IMG/VR virus record: IMGVR_UViG_3300014720_000031
Span: 2,881-66,880 of that record
DNA from: a virus
DNA length: 64,000 nt
Reading direction: 5' to 3' (one strand)
Shown here: positions 8,956-19,778 of the stretch, piece by piece
Numbering within the stretch: the first letter of the stretch is position 1
How the letters are laid out: each line of letters starts with the position of its first letter
Program-made: the position numbers and the translations under genes
Notes under the pieces: model-generated
What the model was told of the DNA's origin: nothing
The model's input: the letters and a program-made list of their open reading frames with translations, nothing else
Databases searched by the model: none

Positions 8956-11900
8956 ATGGCTAATGTAGTCGGTAGAATACCAGTAGGTGCAGATACAAGA
9001 CCTTTAGAAAAGGATATCTCAACGGCTTTAGGTAAAAATTATCAATTTAAAGGTTTAAATGAAAAAGCTTTCACTCAACCTCTTGGTAGAATTACTGGAT
9101 CTGTAGATGAATTTAGAAAATCATTAGACGCATCTAATGCTCGCGTGCTAGCTTTCGGTGCTTCTGCGGGAGCTATATTTGCAGTAGAAAGAGGATTCCA
9201 AGCTTTAATTGGAACTACTTTAAAAGTACAGAAAAATTTAACAGATATTAATTCGATTTTAGGTTTAAGTGGAAAAAATTTACAATTATTTGGGGACCAA
9301 TTATTTAAAATAGCAAGTCAAACTGGCCAAACTTTTGATACAGTATCTCAAGCAGCCGTAGAATTTTCTAGACAAGGTTTAGGCGTTGAAGAAACTTTAA
9401 AAAGAACAAAAGATGCTCTAATTCTAACAAGATTAAGTGGTTTAGATGTTGTTTCTAGTACAGAAGCCTTAACTGCAACAATTAATAGTTTTAATAAAGT
9501 AGCACTAGATTCTGTAACTATAGTAAATAAATTAGCGACAGTTGACGCGGCTTTTGCAGTTAGTAGCGCAGACCTTGCCGAAGCAATTCAAAGAGTAGGC
9601 TCTTCAGCAGAAAGTGTTAATATAAATTTTGATCAACTGCTGGCTTTAGTTACTAGCGTGCAACAAACTACAGCTCGTGGAGGTGCTGTTATTGGAAATT
9701 CTTTAAAGACTATTTTTACAAGACTAGAAAGAACTGAAGTATTAGATCAGTTAGAGCAATTAGGTTTGCAAGTTAGAAATCTAGATGGAAGTTTTAGACC
9801 AGCAATTGATACGCTTAGTCAACTAGCTCAAAGATTTGATGAATTATCTGACGCACAAAAAGCAAATGTTGCTGAATTAGTCGGCGGCGTGTTCCAAATC
9901 AATATTTTAAAAGCAGCTTTAGGAGATTTAGGTAAACAATATTCAATTTATAATAGCGCTTTAAATACAAGTTTAGGTGCAAGCGATGCGGCTATACAAA
10001 GAAATGAAAAATTAAATGAGACATTATCTGCTTTAGTTAATAGAACTCTAGCTAATTTTACAAAACTTGGAGCAGAAGTTGGAGGGTTGACTCTAGCTCC
10101 AGCTATAGAAAATTTATTAAGTAATGTAAATTCTGCTTTAGAATCTTTCAGTTTAAGTGATGCAAAAGGTCCTGGAGAAAAATTAGCCAAAGGATTTTTA
10201 GAAGGATTAGGCAATTATATTAGTGGACCAGGATTAGCTTTAATTGGCGCAGTAATAGGTAAATTATTTATAAACTTAGCTAAATTTAGTACTCAAGCTG
10301 TTGGACAAATATTACAAATCAATAAAGGGTCTCAACAACAAGCAGAAATTCAGCAAAGAATTAACGCTCTTCTTTCTCAAAATCCAAATTTAATACAAGG
10401 AATTCTAAGCAAACAAATAAGTTTATTAGATGTAGAAAATCAAATTTTATCTACTATTCGCGCTCAAACTGTAGCTAGAGAACAATCAGCAAAAATTGCA
10501 TTAACAATGGCTGGTAATCTAGCTGCTCGCGGAGTAACTTCAAGAGGAGGGCAAATTTCTGCAAGAAGTTTTGGATTTATACCAAATTTTACATCCTCGG
10601 AACAAGTTGAAATATTTGGAGCTTATTTAGGCGGTTATAAACCTGGAAAAGTTTCTAGTATGTCTATTCCTGGAGAAGGAAAAGTAGTATATAATCAAGC
10701 AGAGGATGTTAAAAAATTTCCAGGATTCGATCAGCCAGCTATAATGCCACCAGTATCAAGTCAGGCTGGAAAAAGATATAAAGAAGCATTTGAAAAAAAA
10801 TTAGGATTCAATCCTTATGCTTCATCTGGTTTTATACCAAATTTTCAATATAATGCGGCAGCAATTCGTGAAGCTTATGAAAGTGGTACATTAAAAAAGA
10901 TAAGCGAAAAAGCTTATGAATATGGAGTAGATGCAAAAGGAAAAAAACTTATAGTATATGAAGCTCAAATAAAAGATATTTTAAGTTCAACACCAAAAGG
11001 ATTAGCCCCAGATAGAATAAAAGATGTTGCTAAATTAGCTACAATACTTATACCAGAATTTGGAGGAAGCACAATAATTCCTGGACCAGTATCTCCAAAA
11101 GGAAAAAGCTCAGAATTTGCAATAACTAATATACCCGTACATAGAATGGATCCAACTAGACTAAAAGGAGATATTCAAGATGATAAGGCTCAGTTGGCTA
11201 GAAACATAAAAGAAAATATATTAACTGATACATCTAGTTTTATTAATACTTTAAAACCTTTAGGAAAAAGTGTTGATAGGGCAGATCTTGCTTCTGCGTT
11301 TTCAAGTTCTGGAGAAAAAGGCGCATACGGTGCAGTTAATGCAGCAATTGGATCAGCCTTTGAAATAGGAATTAAGACAGCTTTAAATTATACCGCTGGA
11401 GAATCTACAATAAAAGATGCTGGAGATTTTGACGTAAGAGGAGGAAAAAATCTTAGTAATCTTCAAAAATTATTTGGTTTTACTACGGGTCTTGCAGATT
11501 TTAAAGCTACTATTTCTGAAGGAAATTTAAAAAGTTTTGCAAAAAAAATATATAGAGAATTAGGCGCGGAAGCTAGGTTTAAAAAACAAGCCGCTAAAGC
11601 TATGCGAGCTTTTTCTGGATTTATACCAAATTATTCGCCTTTAATAGAATCTATGGGCAGAGAAATATCTGCTGGAGTCTCCCCAGACAATATTAGAATC
11701 GGTCAAGATAGAAGATTACAAAATTCAGCTAATCCATTAGGGCTTGGAGTTTATAATACTAAAGATGAACCTTTAGGATTATCTCAGGGTATAGCAAGGT
11801 ATGGAGATTTAAAATCAGCAAGAACTGCCGGTGCTTCAAAAGGTTTTGTGCCAAATTATGTTGTTTCTAGAAGAGAACAACTATTAGCTCAACTTAATCA

Positions 11901-14900
11901 ATATAGGTCAAATAGAAATACTGGAACTGGTTTTAGCTCAAATGCTATCTTAGCTGGATCAATAGGTATACCTATTGTTGGAGGCGTTGCAGAACAATTT
12001 TTAAGCGAAGAGAATTTATCTGGAAGAGCATTTACTCGTGGGGCAGCAAATCTTGCAAGTTTCACTGCTACAGGCGCAGCTTTAGGTGGTCCAGTAGGCG
12101 GTGGAGTTGGATTTCTAGTTGGATTAGTTACTACGTTAAATGATATTGATAAAGCCGCAAATCAAGAAGGAATAGATAAATTTAAGAAAAGATTAGAAGC
12201 CTCTCAAGAGCAATTAAATAAATTAAATGATGCTTTTAGTCAATTTAATTCAATAACTGATAAATTAAGAGGAGCAGCAAATCTAAGTGCAAATGATATA
12301 GAGAAATTACAAAAAAGGCTAGGCTCAGTTCTAGCTGATGTTCCAGAAAATATTAGAAAAGACTTAATTAAAGCTTATGGAGAAGGAGATCAATTAAAAG
12401 TACAAAGCATACAGACAGATGTACTTGAAGCTAAACAATCAGAACAAAGAAGATTAGAATATCAGACAGCTTATTCAGAAGCTTATGCGCCAGAAACTTT
12501 TGGAGAAGCAGTTTCTTCAATGTTTGGATTTGGAGGCGCAGAGGAGAGAAGAAATAAAGCAATACAAAAATCTCTAAGATTATCACCTAGCACTGCAACA
12601 GCAGCAGATATAGAAGGAAAAGCAACAGATTTAGGTAACTTATTATCGGATGAATTTGAAAAGTTTCTAATAATAGAGCAAAGAGCTGGAGAGTCTTTAG
12701 ATGAATATTCTAAAAGATATGAAAAACTTGTAGAAGAAGCTTTAGAACAGCCTAAAACTTTAGTTTATATTTCAGAACTTGCAGCTAAAAAATTAAGAGA
12801 TGAAGCGGCTAATCAATTTGGTTTTGATTCTCCAGAATATGCTGCAGCTTCACAACAAGCCTTGCAAATTGTTGAAGATTCTCAAAAGCAAGCAGATGTA
12901 ATTAGAAAAGCGATAAAAGCTAGAAAAGATAGCTTATTGGCTTCAGCTGCTGGTGGTAAGGCCGGAATAGAAGCAGAAAACTTTAAAAATACAATTTTAA
13001 ATTATTTAAATAATATTACAAAATCAACAACAGATTTAACTATTAGTTATTCTCGCGCAGAAACAGAGATAGATATAAACTCAAGAAAATTACAATCTCA
13101 GAAAAATACATTATTAGAAAATGCTAGATTATTTTTAGGCGAATTTTCTCAAATTAATATAGAAGCACAATTTGAAGAAGCTAATGCCAATTTAGAATAC
13201 CAAAAAAACGCATTAGCTGCACAAAGAAAACTTTTAGAAAAAGTTGGGCCAGGTTTGTTTGCTGATACATTATCTAATTTAAGTGGAAGTGCAGATTTAA
13301 ACTCTAGAAATTTCGCTCAGTTTATAGAATCCAGATCAAGAAGTTTGACTAATATTCCATTAGATGAATTACCAACTAAGATAAGAGAATTAATATCTAA
13401 TATAGAGAACCAATATTCTAATCAAGTTGGAATAAGTTCTGAATTAAAAAATTCCGCTAAGAGCTTAATTACTATACTTAATAATGTATTAGTCAGGGAT
13501 ATACCAGAAGCTAAAGCTGACACAGATAGATTAAGACAGCTATTCCAAGCTGAAAATGAAATCAGAAAACAGGAACTAGCCGCAAGATTAGAAAATTTAA
13601 AAAATAGACAAATTATTGGTTTTGGTGGTGGTATAGAATCATTAAGAAGAAATGATTTTAATGAAAGAGTTACTGAATTTACTAGAAATAGATATTTATT
13701 AGGCTCACAAAATACATTAACTCAAGGACGAGGAGCTTTAGGAATATTAGAAGAATTGAAAAAATTTGGAATTGGTCCTCAAAGCGTTAACAAAGATTTA
13801 AAAGACGCTATAGTTTCTGCACAGACATCTAATATACAAAGGTTTAGTCAGGCATATGGTTTAAATATTAGTCAAGATAAAGCAAGAGAAATTGCCAATA
13901 AACAATTTGACGCTTTAAATTCTACAGAAATGACAGTAGAGAATATTTATAAAGCACTACAAAGTGGAATAAAATTAGATAATCAGACAATAACTGCAAT
14001 TAATCCTGAAGCAAGAATTCCAAATGGAAATGGAGGATTTAGTCCAGCCGGTGGAAGATTAGGGGGAAATTTACCTCTATCTCCAGAAGCAGAAGCATAT
14101 TTTTATAACGAAGTCGCTGGACCAATAGAAGCAGAGAAAAGAATAAAAGCTCAAGAAGCCGCTATGGAAAAAATTAAAGAAAGAAGTGTTGACGCAGGAA
14201 ACGTACAAGTAAAATCTAGTCAAACTGTATCAAAACTTCTTGATAAAATAATAGAACAAACTAAAGAAAGATATACAGGGGAAGAAAGTTTAGCTAGTTT
14301 AATTACCCAGAGCGCAGAAGCATACTCAAGACTAAGAGACGATACTATTAATATAAATGATGGATTAAGAATTAGTGAAACTTATTTAAGTGGAATTAAA
14401 ACTATTGGAGAAGAGGTAGAAAAAGGAACTTTAAGTCAAGAAGAAGCGAGAAGAAGAATAAATTTATTACTTAATGAAAGCATTGAGCAGCAAGAAAGAT
14501 CAAATGAATTAGAAAAAATTAGAGTAGATCAGATGAAAGATCTTAAAGATCTTGCTGATGGCTACTTAACTTCTACAGAATATGCTAATAGAGAATTAGA
14601 AAGACAACAAGCTTTAGCTCGCAGACCTGGATATGACTCAATGCAGGGTATCGCTGTTAATTTCACAAATCAAATGGCATACAATGGAAGTCAATTTTTC
14701 CAAGATTTAAATAATTCAGCAGTTGATGTTGCGAGAAATATTCAAGATGCATTCTCTAATGCATTTCAAAGTTTTACGAGTGGAACGCAAACTGCTGGAG
14801 ATGCATTTAAAAGTTTTGCTATACAAATATTACAACAAATACAACAAATTTCAACTCAAATTGCTACTAAATTATTTTTTGGAGCATTATTTAATCCTTT

Positions 14901-16692
14901 ACAAGGAGCTTTAAGTGGTGGTGGGGGTGGGTTTGGTGGATTATTTGGATTTGCTAAAGGAGGATTTGTTAAAGGTTATGCTTCTGGTGGATATGTTTCA
15001 GAAGGCTCTGGAATGATGGATGATGTTCCAGCTATGTTATCTAAAGGAGAATATGTATTAAATCGTAGAGCAGTAAAAAGTATCCAACAAGCGTATGGCA
15101 CAGGATTCTTAGAGTCATTAAATGCAGGGGCAACAAAAGGCATGGAAGATGGCGGAGGTTTTAGCAGAAGTTTTGATAATAAATATCTTGTAAGTGGATG
15201 GGAAAATACCCAAGGACTAAATACAAAAGACATGGCAGGTGGAATTGCAGCTCTTGAAAGATATTTAGGTCAATTAAAGGGTGAAGAAGTAATTTCTCCA
15301 GAATTATCTAATTTTGCTTTAGCTGATACAACTCAAAGGCAAAATACAGAAAGAATGCAAACTGAACAAGATTTTTATGAATATGTTGCCTATTTACAAG
15401 ATAATTTAATGTCTAATAAAATGTCTTATGTTCAGGCTCAAGCAGCCTATACTCAACAATTAGAAGCATATAACAGACAAAAACAGCAAAGTTTGATTGG
15501 AGGTTTAATTAGTGCAGCGATGACTATCGGTGGAGGTTTACTACTTGGAGGCGGTGGGCTTGGTGGATTATTTGGCGGAGGAGGAGGTGGACTTAGTGGC
15601 CTATTTGGTGGCGGTCCAAATGCATCCGCTTTTGCTATGCCTGGTGGTATGGGTGGAACATATAGTGCTTTAGGTTCTAATTATAATTTAGTTACCGGTG
15701 GAGCCGGAATAACAAGCGCTGCCGCAATGAGAGCTGCAAATACTGGAGGTTTAGGATCAATGTTTGGTGGAAGTAATATGGGTACTATGGCTCTACTAGG
15801 AGCAGGTGCAATTGGAGCTCCTTTAGCTATAAACTTTCTTCAAGGCAATCAAAATCAAAGAAATACCGTATCTCCTACCAGATCTTCTTCTGGATTGCAA
15901 GTTAGTAATAGATTTAGATTTGCAGAAGGAGGCATGAGTCCAGATGACGTTCCAGCTTTACTTATGCAAGGAGAATATGTAGTTAGTAAGGATGCAGTTA
16001 AAAAATATGGCGCAAGATTCTTTGATAAATTGAATAGAGGTCAAGTCAGTAAATTCGCAAAGGGTGGTCAAGTTGGTCAGCAACCAAATCTAAATATGGG
16101 TGCAATGCCATTAGAAGATCCAAATATTAATTTAATAGAAGCAATAAATAATTTAGCTTATATAATAACTGAAAGTTCAAGCCCAGCTAATCAAAATAGA
16201 AGCATGGACAATATACCAAATATTGTACAAAGAGATACTCCAACTGAAACTCCGCAAATCGAAGCCACTCAAAGATCTAATAATTATATAGATATATTCA
16301 GAAATAATAACAATCAACAAGAACGACCATATAATCCAGTGGTAGAAAATAGAACTTCGGTTAATCAAAGTCAAGTAGATCAAACATTTTTAGTAAGTTT
16401 AATATCATCTTTAAATAATTTGACAGAGAATTTGGGACAAGTTAGCGCTTCCGAAGGCATCACAAATAATATTAACATATCTGTTAATGTAGAAGGTGAT
16501 AATAAAACTACAGAACAAGGAAATGATCAATCTTCTGGGAATGGAGAAGACGATACTACGGATAGTTCTTCCGCAAAAGATTCCTCTCAAAAATATAAAG
16601 CTTTAACTGATTTAATTAAACAAAATGTTATAAAAACAATAATTGAGCAGAAACGTCCTGGCGGATTATTAAATAAAAATAGTCCATCTTAA
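8956..16692 (+). CDS. tail tape measure protein
   Basis: 2578 aa, Ala/Gln/Leu-rich helical. N-terminal TP901-like core ('EFSRQG', 'GNSLKTIFTR'); C-terminal 'FAKGG..V' and 'DDVPAML..GEYV' motifs typical of tape measure C-termini. Confidence 0.9.
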   Translation: MANVVGRIPVGADTRPLEKDISTALGKNYQFKGLNEKAFTQPLGRITGSVDEFRKSLDASNARVLAFGASAGAIFAVERGFQALIGTTLKVQKNLTDINSILGLSGKNLQLFGDQLFKIASQTGQTFDTVSQAAVEFSRQGLGVEETLKRTKDALILTRLSGLDVVSSTEALTATINSFNKVALDSVTIVNKLATVDAAFAVSSADLAEAIQRVGSSAESVNINFDQLLALVTSVQQTTARGGAVIGNSLKTIFTRLERTEVLDQLEQLGLQVRNLDGSFRPAIDTLSQLAQRFDELSDAQKANVAELVGGVFQINILKAALGDLGKQYSIYNSALNTSLGASDAAIQRNEKLNETLSALVNRTLANFTKLGAEVGGLTLAPAIENLLSNVNSALESFSLSDAKGPGEKLAKGFLEGLGNYISGPGLALIGAVIGKLFINLAKFSTQAVGQILQINKGSQQQAEIQQRINALLSQNPNLIQGILSKQISLLDVENQILSTIRAQTVAREQSAKIALTMAGNLAARGVTSRGGQISARSFGFIPNFTSSEQVEIFGAYLGGYKPGKVSSMSIPGEGKVVYNQAEDVKKFPGFDQPAIMPPVSSQAGKRYKEAFEKKLGFNPYASSGFIPNFQYNAAAIREAYESGTLKKISEKAYEYGVDAKGKKLIVYEAQIKDILSSTPKGLAPDRIKDVAKLATILIPEFGGSTIIPGPVSPKGKSSEFAITNIPVHRMDPTRLKGDIQDDKAQLARNIKENILTDTSSFINTLKPLGKSVDRADLASAFSSSGEKGAYGAVNAAIGSAFEIGIKTALNYTAGESTIKDAGDFDVRGGKNLSNLQKLFGFTTGLADFKATISEGNLKSFAKKIYRELGAEARFKKQAAKAMRAFSGFIPNYSPLIESMGREISAGVSPDNIRIGQDRRLQNSANPLGLGVYNTKDEPLGLSQGIARYGDLKSARTAGASKGFVPNYVVSRREQLLAQLNQYRSNRNTGTGFSSNAILAGSIGIPIVGGVAEQFLSEENLSGRAFTRGAANLASFTATGAALGGPVGGGVGFLVGLVTTLNDIDKAANQEGIDKFKKRLEASQEQLNKLNDAFSQFNSITDKLRGAANLSANDIEKLQKRLGSVLADVPENIRKDLIKAYGEGDQLKVQSIQTDVLEAKQSEQRRLEYQTAYSEAYAPETFGEAVSSMFGFGGAEERRNKAIQKSLRLSPSTATAADIEGKATDLGNLLSDEFEKFLIIEQRAGESLDEYSKRYEKLVEEALEQPKTLVYISELAAKKLRDEAANQFGFDSPEYAAASQQALQIVEDSQKQADVIRKAIKARKDSLLASAAGGKAGIEAENFKNTILNYLNNITKSTTDLTISYSRAETEIDINSRKLQSQKNTLLENARLFLGEFSQINIEAQFEEANANLEYQKNALAAQRKLLEKVGPGLFADTLSNLSGSADLNSRNFAQFIESRSRSLTNIPLDELPTKIRELISNIENQYSNQVGISSELKNSAKSLITILNNVLVRDIPEAKADTDRLRQLFQAENEIRKQELAARLENLKNRQIIGFGGGIESLRRNDFNERVTEFTRNRYLLGSQNTLTQGRGALGILEELKKFGIGPQSVNKDLKDAIVSAQTSNIQRFSQAYGLNISQDKAREIANKQFDALNSTEMTVENIYKALQSGIKLDNQTITAINPEARIPNGNGGFSPAGGRLGGNLPLSPEAEAYFYNEVAGPIEAEKRIKAQEAAMEKIKERSVDAGNVQVKSSQTVSKLLDKIIEQTKERYTGEESLASLITQSAEAYSRLRDDTININDGLRISETYLSGIKTIGEEVEKGTLSQEEARRRINLLLNESIEQQERSNELEKIRVDQMKDLKDLADGYLTSTEYANRELERQQALARRPGYDSMQGIAVNFTNQMAYNGSQFFQDLNNSAVDVARNIQDAFSNAFQSFTSGTQTAGDAFKSFAIQILQQIQQISTQIATKLFFGALFNPLQGALSGGGGGFGGLFGFAKGGFVKGYASGGYVSEGSGMMDDVPAMLSKGEYVLNRRAVKSIQQAYGTGFLESLNAGATKGMEDGGGFSRSFDNKYLVSGWENTQGLNTKDMAGGIAALERYLGQLKGEEVISPELSNFALADTTQRQNTERMQTEQDFYEYVAYLQDNLMSNKMSYVQAQAAYTQQLEAYNRQKQQSLIGGLISAAMTIGGGLLLGGGGLGGLFGGGGGGLSGLFGGGPNASAFAMPGGMGGTYSALGSNYNLVTGGAGITSAAAMRAANTGGLGSMFGGSNMGTMALLGAGAIGAPLAINFLQGNQNQRNTVSPTRSSSGLQVSNRFRFAEGGMSPDDVPALLMQGEYVVSKDAVKKYGARFFDKLNRGQVSKFAKGGQVGQQPNLNMGAMPLEDPNINLIEAINNLAYIITESSSPANQNRSMDNIPNIVQRDTPTETPQIEATQRSNNYIDIFRNNNNQQERPYNPVVENRTSVNQSQVDQTFLVSLISSLNNLTENLGQVSASEGITNNINISVNVEGDNKTTEQGNDQSSGNGEDDTTDSSSAKDSSQKYKALTDLIKQNVIKTIIEQKRPGGLLNKNSPS

Positions 16693-16694
16693 TT

Positions 16695-19600
16695 ATGAAA
16701 TTAAATCGTCATGAGACAATTAAGTATAAGAATTATGAATATTCTTGTTTAGAAAATCAATACTTAGATTTTTTAAAATTGTCAGGATATCTTTGCAGTG
16801 GTGAGCCATTAACCTCTGGTTTAAATAATTTATACAATCAATTTACTACATTTTCTCAACCATTAGTAAGTTATAATTATATAAAATATGGATTGTTTTC
16901 AAATCATAATAATTTAACTTTATATCAAAATACCGACTCTTCTTTCAATAAAGTAACTATCACCAACTCTGAAAGCGAAGATATAAATGGTTTATATTTA
17001 GGAACGACTTCTCCAAATACTAATGGTAAATTTGAATATAATAAATCAAACAAAAGAATATTTTGGAGTGGAGATAGATGGGTTTTGACTAGTGGTGGTA
17101 GATTAGTTTACGAATCTGTTTCTAATGTCGAATATCCTTGGCTGGCAAGTTGGAGCGGCTCTGGTTCGCATTGCTGTTTTAATGATGGTATATTTAGTTC
17201 GACATCTGTATTTACGCCAAATAAATTCTTGAATTTACAGATATATAGCGGAAAAGGATTTTTTAATTTAAAAATTCCTCCAACAGGAATTACTACTGGT
17301 ATTTTTTTAAGTGGTCAATTAAAAACATTAAACTATGGATTTTCTCCTTGTATACAAAATAAAATTCCACTAATTATAAATTATTCTGGTAGAGCTGGTG
17401 CAGGATGGTTTCATACCGGAAAGGTTGATCAACCAATTTTATATACACAAAATTGCCCTTTAGGTCCAGGAAACGAAATAGTAAAAACTCAATTAAATTC
17501 AAATACTGACTATAATTTTATACTAAGCGGAATGATAAATCTTAAAAATGGAATTAATTTTACTATTTCAAATCCTAATATTTTACCTATAGATATATTG
17601 ACAGGAAATCCAAATAGTTCTTTTTATTTTACCCCAACATCAATATATGATGCAAATTGCTATTTTACAGGACAAGTTAGCGGTAGTGGAGAAAGTTTCG
17701 TTAATTTAATAAAGTCTCAATGCATCGCAGAAGATCAAGCCGAAAACTTAAAATTATCTGGAATTAATGCTATTTCTTGTGATAATTGCGATTATACTTT
17801 TAGCATGAGCTTGCCATGCCCTCATAATTCTATAAATCATTTTGATGTAGATTCTTTATCTTATTTTCAAAGAGCGAGTATCATAGATTTTAGAATAAAA
17901 GAAGATATAAATACTTTTATTATAAATTTAAAAAATCTTAAAATGTGGGATAAGTTTAAAAATATTTTCATATTAAGATCTGACTATAATAATAATGGCA
18001 GCTTTTTTTATGACTTAAAAAATCCTAATTTTACTGGTACATCTGTATCAACAGAAAAGACCATTTCAGGATATAAGTTTTTGTTTCAGTCTTCTAGATT
18101 AAATTTTCCAAATCATCCTATAAATCTTACAGGAGCTAATTTTACTATATTTTCCATATTAGAAAATTATACTAGTCCTCCGCCAAATACTCCATATAGA
18201 GTTTTACTATCTTCAGAGGTTTATCAAACTAATGGTTTTAGATTTGGCACACAAGGAAGTTTAGGGAATATAAAACAATTTAACATATGGAGTACGGAAA
18301 GCGTTAGTACTTCTGGGCCAGTAGGTTTTAATGTAAGTACTTCAGATATAAATATTCCTAATAAGTATTCGTTTCTAACTGCTGGTGTGTTAAACAGCGG
18401 TAGCGGATTTATTCAAATAAATAATAATTTACCCTTAATCTCTGGAGGAGAATATATAGAAAATTCTTTATCGATTACATCTATTCCAAAAATTGCTGGA
18501 GGTACGACGCCACTTAATAATCGAATATCATTTTTTGCTATATCAAATGAAGACTTAACTAGATATCATAAAGATCTTCATCATCTTGCCAGCTCAACTA
18601 TTGCTAGAAATATAGATATTCAAACAGGAATTGATCTTGGACCAGTCTCTTCGGGATTAACAAATGTATTTAAGCCAATTATATTCCAAACAGGGTTTTC
18701 AGAAAAACAAAACTTTATAAATGCGTATGAAAATTCTTTATCTAAAGCTTTAAACGATGCATGCAATAATTGTTATTATTTAATAACTGGAGAATTTTAT
18801 ACAGGTGATCAAAAGAGAAATTTATATAATTGGTCAAATGAATATTGCAATGTAACAGGTAGTGCAATATACAAATATGGAGAAGATCAATTAGGGATTG
18901 AAAGGCTCAAAGGAAATTTATTAAATAATGTAATTAATAAATCAAATCTAGTAAAATGTCTTGAGGATGATCCTGGATGTTGCGAAGACGTCGGATGTGA
19001 AACTGCTTATATTGGTTTTGGTGGATCTACTGGATCTGGAAAAGAAAAACATGAAATTTTAGCTTTTAGTTTTCAAAATATATATGAAATAAGATCCTAT
19101 AATAAAGATTTTTATTTAAGAGATTTAATTTTAATTGGAAGTTCTTATATTTCTGGCGATAATAACGCAGATGAAAATTCTATAGTTCTCACGGATGATC
19201 TTTTTAATCAAGGTGGTAATTTCTATTTTAGGCAACCATTTAAATTAAGAAGTTGTGATGATAAATTACCTGCACCATTTAAAATTTATTTTCAAATGAG
19301 AATGACTCCAGGACAAGATGTGGGTATAGGTCGTGCGGATGGAATTAGCCTAATAATTCAATCAAAATCAGATACAGCCGGAGGAATTGGTGGAGGAATT
19401 GGATATTTTGGTATAGATAAAAGCATAGCAGTGTCATTTGATACATATAAAAATGATTTTGATATAAATAATAATCATATAGAATTAAATTTAAATGGAA
19501 TAGTAGATAATCCAAGAAGAGTTGGTATCCCCTCTTTAGATCTAGCTGATGGACAAATAAAACATGTATGGGTAGATTATCTAGAAGGATATTTGAAAGT

Positions 19601-19703
19601 ATATATTAGCAATAATAATATCAAACCATCAAATCCAGTTTTAGAGAGAGATGGAATGAACTTCTGCGAGATATTTGATGGACGTTGTTCTGGTTTCTTA
19701 TGA
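16695..19703 (+). CDS. Cys-rich virion-associated protein with ConA/LamG-like middle region and C-terminal legume (L-type) lectin domain
   Basis: C-terminal 'ADGISLIIQ...GGGIGYFG...VSFDTYKN...NHIEL...HVWVDY' is the legume-lectin pattern. Confidence 0.65.
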   Translation: MKLNRHETIKYKNYEYSCLENQYLDFLKLSGYLCSGEPLTSGLNNLYNQFTTFSQPLVSYNYIKYGLFSNHNNLTLYQNTDSSFNKVTITNSESEDINGLYLGTTSPNTNGKFEYNKSNKRIFWSGDRWVLTSGGRLVYESVSNVEYPWLASWSGSGSHCCFNDGIFSSTSVFTPNKFLNLQIYSGKGFFNLKIPPTGITTGIFLSGQLKTLNYGFSPCIQNKIPLIINYSGRAGAGWFHTGKVDQPILYTQNCPLGPGNEIVKTQLNSNTDYNFILSGMINLKNGINFTISNPNILPIDILTGNPNSSFYFTPTSIYDANCYFTGQVSGSGESFVNLIKSQCIAEDQAENLKLSGINAISCDNCDYTFSMSLPCPHNSINHFDVDSLSYFQRASIIDFRIKEDINTFIINLKNLKMWDKFKNIFILRSDYNNNGSFFYDLKNPNFTGTSVSTEKTISGYKFLFQSSRLNFPNHPINLTGANFTIFSILENYTSPPPNTPYRVLLSSEVYQTNGFRFGTQGSLGNIKQFNIWSTESVSTSGPVGFNVSTSDINIPNKYSFLTAGVLNSGSGFIQINNNLPLISGGEYIENSLSITSIPKIAGGTTPLNNRISFFAISNEDLTRYHKDLHHLASSTIARNIDIQTGIDLGPVSSGLTNVFKPIIFQTGFSEKQNFINAYENSLSKALNDACNNCYYLITGEFYTGDQKRNLYNWSNEYCNVTGSAIYKYGEDQLGIERLKGNLLNNVINKSNLVKCLEDDPGCCEDVGCETAYIGFGGSTGSGKEKHEILAFSFQNIYEIRSYNKDFYLRDLILIGSSYISGDNNADENSIVLTDDLFNQGGNFYFRQPFKLRSCDDKLPAPFKIYFQMRMTPGQDVGIGRADGISLIIQSKSDTAGGIGGGIGYFGIDKSIAVSFDTYKNDFDINNNHIELNLNGIVDNPRRVGIPSLDLADGQIKHVWVDYLEGYLKVYISNNNIKPSNPVLERDGMNFCEIFDGRCSGFL

Positions 19704-19732
19704 TAAGAAAGTATCCAATATCTATTATTTCT

Positions 19733-19761
19733 TTGAATATTTTAAAGATTATTAATATAAT
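19733..19761 (+). promoter_or_regulatory. sigma70-type promoter
   Basis: TTGAAT-17 nt-TATAAT upstream of ATG 19779. Confidence 0.55.
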
Positions 19762-19778
19762 ATAATGCATAATTTAAA

